From: an uncultured delta proteobacterium
GTDB taxonomy: Bacteria; Desulfobacterota; Desulfobacteria; Desulfobacterales; SG8-13
Assembly (NCBI GenBank): GCA_963848135.1
Contig: CAWKCK010000003.1
Span: 434,001-498,000, forward strand
Reading direction: 5' to 3'
DNA length: 64,000 nucleotides
In this document: piece after piece, positions 57,873 to 64,000 of the stretch
How positions within the stretch are numbered: the first letter of the stretch is position 1
Layout of the letters: each line of letters begins with the position of its first letter
Notes under the pieces: generated by a model
Told to the model about the DNA's origin: nothing
The model's input: only the letters and a program-made list of their open reading frames with translations
Databases searched by the model: none
Position numbers and translations under genes: made by a program

Positions 57873-60017
57873 ATGGATCCCGCGAAACATAGACCCTCGT
57901 TTGGCGAGTTGAAGGCAGAGAATCCCTCCGGAAAAGTCCCACCCGAAAGGGCACTGGGATCGAGTGGAATTGAACCGCCGGAAAGACTAGAGATCTCAAA
58001 AGCATTTCAAGAGGCTTTTGAAATACCTGAGGATAATAACCGGCTGCCGATATCCAGAGCCTATTTGATAAACAAAATCAATTTTATCAATTTTTTCGAT
58101 CGCACAATTGTTTTAAAATTCAAACATGCCAAATATGGTCGAACACTCACCCTGGATTTAAAACCACAGCCTTGCCGGGGAGGGCAGCTCGATTTCCTGT
58201 GGCCAACGGAAAGCCGCATATTCAAGAAACTCCAGCCATATCAGCTTGAATCTCTCCTGATCAACGATGGTAAGATGCTGATTAGGGTTGAACCCGAGAC
58301 CGTATCATTACATGAAACCGGGCTATGCCTGCGCTTGCCGGAGACGTGCCATCAATTCAGCAATAGGAAGATGAGTCGGCAAACCGGTCGGCATGTCGAT
58401 GTTCAGATGATTCAAAGCAGTTCGATTTTTCGCGGAAACCTGCTCGATTTCAACGCCGTATCGTTTCGCGTTGAACTGAAAGCTGGCGCCCACCAAGCTT
58501 TCGAGTGGATAAATCCTGAAAATTCCGTTAGCGTCATTCTTTCTGAAGGCCCTCAGACGTACTACTCCGGGGAATGTACCATACGACGCCACAGCCGGTG
58601 TCATGCAACCCGGCGCTATGTCCTTGAACCGATCAAACAGGAAATCAATCGCTACAGACAAAAAGAATTCAGAAGTGACCGGATTGAATTTACGCCTTCA
58701 CCGGATATTACTTTCACCCACCCGTTGACCAAAAAGAGAGTATCTCTTAAGGTTGTTGACTTGTCCGGATCTGGGTTTTCAGTCGAAGAAGATGAAAGAA
58801 ACGCCCAATTGATAACCGGTTTGATACTCCCCGAGCTGGAGCTCAGGTTTGCAGACAATGTTTCGGTCAAATGCAAAACACAGGTGGTTTACCGCAAGGT
58901 TTGCGAAGAAGAGAAAATGGGCCTATGGACCAAATGCGGTCTGGCAATCCTCGACATGGATCTGGATAATAATGTCAAGTTATTGTCTCTACTCCATCAA
59001 GCTAACAATCGCTATTCATACATCTGCAATAACGTCGATTTGAATGAACTCTGGGATTTCTTTTTCGAAACCGGTTTTATATATCCGGACAAATACGTAT
59101 TTATCGAAGCCAACAAAGAGCACATCAAAAATATCTACAAAAAGCTTTACACTCAGAGCCCCAGCATTGCCAGGCATTTTATCTATCAGGAAAAAGGAAC
59201 CATCATGGGCCACATGGCCATGGTCCGTTTTTACAAAAACTCATGGATGATCCAACACCACGCAGCCAGAAAGTCGAAAACGAACAAAGCGGGCCTGATT
59301 GTTTTGAAGCAGATCGGTCATTTTATCAACGACTCCTACCGACTCAATGCCATTCACCTGAGATACGTGATCATGTACTACCGGCCAACCAACAAATTTC
59401 CTAGCCGTATTTTCGGTGGCGCTGCAGATCATTTCAATGACCGCAAATGCTGCTCGATTGATCCTTTTGCCTATTCCCATTTTCCCGTTTCTCCCGCTCA
59501 TGTCGAAGAACTTGCCGATGATTGGGAGTTAACTCCGGCGCAGAGTGATGATTTGGCCGATTTGGCTGACTTTTACGAAAGCGAATCCGGAGGGCTCATG
59601 CTCAATGCCCTCGACCTGGAGCCGGAGCAGACCGAAGAAAATCTGCTTGATCAGGAATATCGTCGTCTCGGGTTCAAGAAAGCGAAGTATATTTTTGCAC
59701 TCAAAACGGACGGGGATCTCAAGGCCGTCATTTTGGTCAATGTTTCTGATATCGGATTGAACCTTTCGAATTTGACCAATTGTATAAAATTTATCGTGTT
59801 GGACAAGAAAGGCCTGACCAAAGAGGTGGCCTCCAGCGTTGTTCAGCAGATCTACAAGCAAATCGGCCTCGAAGAATTCACCGTTTTGGTTTATCCTGTT
59901 GCTTTTGCAGATGAGATCCAATTGCCGTATGAGAAAATATACAATATGTGGGTCATGAGTACCCGGTTTTCAGATCCCTATTTTCGATTTCTGCAGCGCT
60001 TGTTAAAACATGTCTGA
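57873..60017 (+). CDS. Multi-PilZ domain protein with C-terminal GNAT-like region
   Basis: RKMSR...DFNAVS and FRSDR...DLSGSG PilZ motifs. C-terminal LWDFFFETGFIY...WMIQHHAA...YYRPTN is GNAT-like by inspection. Start uncertain. Confidence 0.7.
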   Translation: MDPAKHRPSFGELKAENPSGKVPPERALGSSGIEPPERLEISKAFQEAFEIPEDNNRLPISRAYLINKINFINFFDRTIVLKFKHAKYGRTLTLDLKPQPCRGGQLDFLWPTESRIFKKLQPYQLESLLINDGKMLIRVEPETVSLHETGLCLRLPETCHQFSNRKMSRQTGRHVDVQMIQSSSIFRGNLLDFNAVSFRVELKAGAHQAFEWINPENSVSVILSEGPQTYYSGECTIRRHSRCHATRRYVLEPIKQEINRYRQKEFRSDRIEFTPSPDITFTHPLTKKRVSLKVVDLSGSGFSVEEDERNAQLITGLILPELELRFADNVSVKCKTQVVYRKVCEEEKMGLWTKCGLAILDMDLDNNVKLLSLLHQANNRYSYICNNVDLNELWDFFFETGFIYPDKYVFIEANKEHIKNIYKKLYTQSPSIARHFIYQEKGTIMGHMAMVRFYKNSWMIQHHAARKSKTNKAGLIVLKQIGHFINDSYRLNAIHLRYVIMYYRPTNKFPSRIFGGAADHFNDRKCCSIDPFAYSHFPVSPAHVEELADDWELTPAQSDDLADLADFYESESGGLMLNALDLEPEQTEENLLDQEYRRLGFKKAKYIFALKTDGDLKAVILVNVSDIGLNLSNLTNCIKFIVLDKKGLTKEVASSVVQQIYKQIGLEEFTVLVYPVAFADEIQLPYEKIYNMWVMSTRFSDPYFRFLQRLLKHV

Positions 60018-60064
60018 TATCAGATTCATAATGGCGTAGTTGATCAGAGTCAAACCAATCAACA

Positions 60065-62002
60065 ATGGATACAAGACCTCTCTACAACAGCCGCATCATC
60101 GATAACTATATTCGGCTCATTCAGAAGAAGTATCATTACATCGACGTCAACCGGCTGCTACGTTTTTCAGGAATGCAACCTTACGAAGTTGCCGACCAGG
60201 GGCATTGGTTTTCCCAGAAGCAGATCAATCGTTTTCACGAAAGACTCTCCCAACTTACCAAGAACGAAAACATTGCCCGGGAAGCCGGCCGTTTCGCGGC
60301 GTCACCTGAAGCCAGCGGTGTCATGCGTCAATGGGTTCTCAGTCTGGTCGGGCCGGCAACCGCCTACGAAATGATCGGCAAAGGCTCTGCGAATTTTACC
60401 CGCTCAGCGCGATTTACTTCCAAGAAATTAGCCTCAGACAAGGTCGAGATCGTTGTCACACCGCAAATGGGGGTCGAAGAAAAGCCTTTTCAATGTAAAA
60501 ATCGAATCGGCTACTTGGAGGCGGTGGCGATAACTTTCGGCAGCAAACTTTCCAGTCTGGAGCACCCTGAATGTGTATTTCAGGGCGGCAAGTGTTGCCG
60601 CTATATCATAACCTGGGAAAAATCACTTTTTGATACATTGAAAAAAGTGCGAAATTATGCAGCACTTTTGCTGGCAACGGGATGCCTTGTTCTCGCTCTC
60701 GGTCATCCGATATTTACACTGACAACCATCGTTCCTGCCGCGACCGCTATTCTTTTCCTGATGACCCTCCTTGCCGGAAATATCGAAAAACGAGAATTAA
60801 AAAACAGTTTGAATTCTTTGCAGTTTTCAACCGATCAACTGGTGGAGCAAATCAACATCAATTACAATAATGCTCTCCTAACGAACGATATCGGGCAAGC
60901 CATCAGTCGGCAGCCGAGCAGCCGTGATATCCTGCAAAATGTCATCCGGATATTCAAAAAGAGGCTCGACTATGATCGGTGCATGATTTTACTGTCGGAT
61001 AAGGAAAAGAAACGGTTGTTGTTTAGGGCGGGGTATGGGTACAGTCAAGAACAATTAAAATTGCTGCAACAGACGGCATTCCATCTCGATCATCCGGATT
61101 CAAAGGGTGTCTTCGTTGTTGCATTTTGCCAGCAGCAATCATTTTTGATTAACGACATCAGAGAAATTGCCGCCGATTTGTCCTTGCGTAGCCTGGCACT
61201 TGCCGACAAACTCGGCAGTCAGTCCTTTTTGTGCTGCCCGATTGTTTGTGACGGGGAATCGATTGGTATACTGGCAGTTGATAACCTGAGATCGAAGAAA
61301 ACGCTGGTTCAGAGTGACCTGAGCCTTTTGACCGGAATTGCCTCTGTGCTGGGGATCAGTGTTCGCAACGCCGATCTTCTTGATTCGAGCGAGCAGCAGT
61401 TCCGGTCCATCCTTCAAGTGCTGGCGGCGAGCATTGATGCCCGGGACCCGATGACTTCGGGTCATTCCGCGAAGGTAACCGATTATGCTATGGGCATTAG
61501 CGAAGAGATGGGTCTTCCGAAAAACTACTGCGAAGTCATCCGGGTGGCGGCGCTGCTTCACGATTACGGTAAAATCGGCATACCGGATACCATTTTGAAA
61601 AAGCCGGGACGTTTGACGGATGATGAGTATGAAATCGTTAAAACTCACGCCGAAAAGACCCGTCGGATTCTCAAGCAGATAAATTTCGAAGGGATTTACA
61701 GCCTTGTCCCTGAAATCGCCGGAGGTCATCACGAAAAGTTTGACGGCAGCGGATATCCAAACGGTCTGATCGGAGACAAAATACCTCTGGGAAGCCGAAT
61801 AATAGCCGTGGCCGATTTTTTCGAAGCCATCACGGCCAAACGCCATTACCGTGGCCCGATGTCGCTGAAAAAAGCTTTCGACCTATTGATAGTGGGCTCC
61901 GGTAAACGCTTCGACCGGGAAGTGGTCGAAGCATTCTGCCGCTATTATGCCCAGGAACATTCAGAAAAACCAGAATACAGAGCCCAGGTAAATGTGAGTT
62001 AA
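60065..62002 (+). CDS. HD-GYP c-di-GMP phosphodiesterase with V4R/HNOB-like sensor, hydrophobic hairpin and GAF domain
   Basis: GHS..V, LHDYGKIG, HHEKFDGSGYP, IAVADFFEA; GAF-like SFLCCPIV...GILAVDN; N-terminal C..R.G...EHPEC...G..C.Y...W. Confidence 0.88.
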   Translation: MDTRPLYNSRIIDNYIRLIQKKYHYIDVNRLLRFSGMQPYEVADQGHWFSQKQINRFHERLSQLTKNENIAREAGRFAASPEASGVMRQWVLSLVGPATAYEMIGKGSANFTRSARFTSKKLASDKVEIVVTPQMGVEEKPFQCKNRIGYLEAVAITFGSKLSSLEHPECVFQGGKCCRYIITWEKSLFDTLKKVRNYAALLLATGCLVLALGHPIFTLTTIVPAATAILFLMTLLAGNIEKRELKNSLNSLQFSTDQLVEQININYNNALLTNDIGQAISRQPSSRDILQNVIRIFKKRLDYDRCMILLSDKEKKRLLFRAGYGYSQEQLKLLQQTAFHLDHPDSKGVFVVAFCQQQSFLINDIREIAADLSLRSLALADKLGSQSFLCCPIVCDGESIGILAVDNLRSKKTLVQSDLSLLTGIASVLGISVRNADLLDSSEQQFRSILQVLAASIDARDPMTSGHSAKVTDYAMGISEEMGLPKNYCEVIRVAALLHDYGKIGIPDTILKKPGRLTDDEYEIVKTHAEKTRRILKQINFEGIYSLVPEIAGGHHEKFDGSGYPNGLIGDKIPLGSRIIAVADFFEAITAKRHYRGPMSLKKAFDLLIVGSGKRFDREVVEAFCRYYAQEHSEKPEYRAQVNVS

Positions 62003-62004
62003 CC

Positions 62005-62028
62005 CGCCCATTTTTTGCGAAGGGCGGT
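62005..62028. terminator. Hairpin between the convergent HD-GYP and methyltransferase genes
   Basis: CCGCCC-N12-GGGCGG. Confidence 0.4.
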
Positions 62029-62059
62029 GCTTTCCGTTCGGTATGCGACAGGTGAAAAT

Positions 62060-62866
62060 TTATCCTGCCTTGCGTCCCCGGCAGCTAATTACCGGTGTGT
62101 AGGTCAATCGGCGCGGATCCGCGAACGCCCTTTTAAATTCTGCCAAAAAACCTTCGAATCCGTGTTCATATTCCTCGAAAAGATAGCCTGAATACCTGGC
62201 TGCGATTTCTACTTTTTTTAACCAGTTAAATGCGTCGGCTTCGGAAAGATTGCCGAATATCAGGTGATGCGGTGTCAGGCCAACATCGATATCCTCAAAC
62301 CCGAGATCATAGAGATACGCATAAAGCTTTCTTCCAACGAAAGGGTCGAAATCCCCTGTTTTCTCGAGGCATTGCATGATACCTGAAAGCGCATTTTCGA
62401 TTCGCGGTGTCAGTCCGTAATGGTTCAGGCAATTGTGGTCCAGATCGATCAAACAGAGGATACCCCCGGGTTTTACGGTTTTGGCGACGTTCTTTACGAT
62501 GTCAAAACTGCTGGAACGGTAATATTCCAGCACGAATCGGATCCAGACCAGGTCGAATTGTCCGAGTGACTCCAGCGAACCCCTGAGATCCATTTGGATG
62601 AATCCTAGCCCTTTTGCGATGTAATTGGTTTGAGCAAATCGGACGCGTTGTTCGGCAATGTCCACCCCGATTGTTTCCCCATTCGGCTGGGCCATTTTGT
62701 TGAGGATAAAAGATGTTTTGCCTGATCCGCAGCCCAGATCGGCGATCCGCATTCCCGGGCAAACGCCTGCCCATCGGGCCTGCGTTTCAACCATCCGTGG
62801 ATCTGTCTTTATATCCAAACGGACGGCTTCCTCGTCACCTTCCATCAAATATTCTTTTTTTATCAT
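62060..62866 (-). CDS. Class I SAM-dependent small-molecule methyltransferase
   Basis: DLGCGSG, GVD, FDLVWIRFVL, KPGG. Confidence 0.88.
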   Translation of the reverse strand: MIKKEYLMEGDEEAVRLDIKTDPRMVETQARWAGVCPGMRIADLGCGSGKTSFILNKMAQPNGETIGVDIAEQRVRFAQTNYIAKGLGFIQMDLRGSLESLGQFDLVWIRFVLEYYRSSSFDIVKNVAKTVKPGGILCLIDLDHNCLNHYGLTPRIENALSGIMQCLEKTGDFDPFVGRKLYAYLYDLGFEDIDVGLTPHHLIFGNLSEADAFNWLKKVEIAARYSGYLFEEYEHGFEGFLAEFKRAFADPRRLTYTPVISCRGRKAG

Positions 62867-63171
62867 CAGAGTCCTTATCGTACCGCTGGATAGATTAGAT
62901 AATTATTTGTGCGCGGTTTAGTACTCTGGAATGATTCTTGTCAACCCATTAACAGGCAGTTGAAAAACTATTGCGCTTGACCCTATTCAACGATTAACTT
63001 TTAATAACGATCATTACAAGGCCCATACGGATTTCATTGGGCATGATTATTTTAAAGCAGATTCGAAAAAAGACCAAATCGTGGCTTGTTATTGTGGATA
63101 TTACCGTTTAATAAGGACGCAGCTTTTAACTATCAGAGGAATGAATTCAATTCCAACATCAGGAGTGAGCC

Positions 63172-64000
63172 ATGTCAGCCGGTGACGACCAAGAAGATAA
63201 GGGTCTGAACGATTCTAACGATGAAGGTGTATCTGGCGAATCTGAAGATTTCAGCGCACTATACGAATCTTACAGTGCCGGGATCATCGGACAATTGCAA
63301 GTGGGTGATAAAATCAGCGGGGAAATTATTGCCATCGGCCACGATGCCGTTTTTCTCGACACCGGGACCAAGGTCGACGGTGTCGTGGATAAAAAGGAAC
63401 TGCTGGATGCCAAGGGTCAATTCCCCTATACTCTGGGAGACAGACTAGAGTTGTTTGTCGTTGTTGCCGGAGAAGGTGAGATAAAGCTTTCCAAGGCCTT
63501 ATCGGGCATGGGTGGAAGGCAGATGCTGATGGATGCTTTTCGGAACCGCATCCCGGTGGAAGGTCGGGTCACCGGGATCTGCAAAGGCGGTTTCGATGTC
63601 GAGGTCATGAAACAGAGGGCATTCTGTCCCCTTAGCCAGATGGACGTTAAATACGTCGAAACGCCGGAGGGCTACGTCGGACAGACCCATCTGTTCTATA
63701 TTTCCCAGCTTGAAGAAAAAGGGCGCAATATCGTTATCTCCCGCCGAAAGCTTCTTGAGCAAGAACGACAAAAGGCCCGGCAGGACTTTTTCGACGCACT
63801 GAGCACCGGAACGGTTCTCAGTGGGACCGTGAGTCGTTTGATGCCTTACGGGGCATTTGTGGAGTTGATCCCGGGTGTCGAGGGGATGGTTCATATTTCA
63901 GAGCTGAACTGGTCCCGGCTGGATAATCCAGCCGAAGCCGTCAACACTGGGGATCGTATTGATGTGAAAGTTATCGGTATCGACGCAACAGCGGGCACCG
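63172..64000 (+). CDS. rpsA: 30S ribosomal protein S1-like multi-S1-domain protein (partial)
   Basis: Not in ORF track because it is open at the edge. MSAGDD...QVGDKISGEII...AFCPLSQMD...NIVISRR...YGAFVELIPGVEGMVHISELNW; AGGAG RBS. Confidence 0.88.
   Translation, partial: MSAGDDQEDKGLNDSNDEGVSGESEDFSALYESYSAGIIGQLQVGDKISGEIIAIGHDAVFLDTGTKVDGVVDKKELLDAKGQFPYTLGDRLELFVVVAGEGEIKLSKALSGMGGRQMLMDAFRNRIPVEGRVTGICKGGFDVEVMKQRAFCPLSQMDVKYVETPEGYVGQTHLFYISQLEEKGRNIVISRRKLLEQERQKARQDFFDALSTGTVLSGTVSRLMPYGAFVELIPGVEGMVHISELNWSRLDNPAEAVNTGDRIDVKVIGIDATAGT

Noticed and set aside
57925..57965. GGAAAAGTCC segment reminiscent of RNase P RNA
   Set aside because: Other conserved RNase P elements are missing and it lies within the PilZ ORF
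61139..61846. 235 aa minus-strand ORF (similarly 54741-55394, 37888-38664, 29337-29933)
   Set aside because: Shadow or alternate-frame ORFs fully inside well-supported genes

Overview
Chromosomal, origin-proximal region of an anaerobic deltaproteobacterium. A Desulfobacterales/Desulfobacterota affiliation is inferred from gene content only. Most of the window is housekeeping: dnaN-gyrB-thyA, asnS, a DegQ-type protease, radical SAM-rng, rpmH-rnpA-yidD-yidC-jag-mnmE with a perfect parS site, a heme/siroheme operon with fabD, clpB, fadH, trxB, htpX and an S1 paralog. The ORF track misses or splits several things. Two genes are UGA-recoded selenoproteins with matching SECIS hairpins: SelD and a secreted UxxC thioredoxin-fold protein. 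The latter lies in an envelope thiol-redox cluster with a peroxiredoxin, a TlpA and a ScsB/DsbD. rpmH is missed, two genes carry single-base frameshifts (RdgC-like gene; SLC13 permease at a G8 tract), and a candidate oriC unwinding element lies before dnaN with no dnaA nearby. The best candidate for an undescribed system is a three-gene c-di-GMP module at 57.9-62.9 kb: a tandem PilZ plus GNAT-like protein, a V4R/HNOB-like sensor-GAF-HD-GYP phosphodiesterase, and a small-molecule SAM methyltransferase. An EndoQ-UvrD fusion and a RelA/SpoT-type HD hydrolase are also notable. No tRNA, rRNA, CRISPR array or transposase was recognised. All family assignments come from motif recognition by eye, not database searches.
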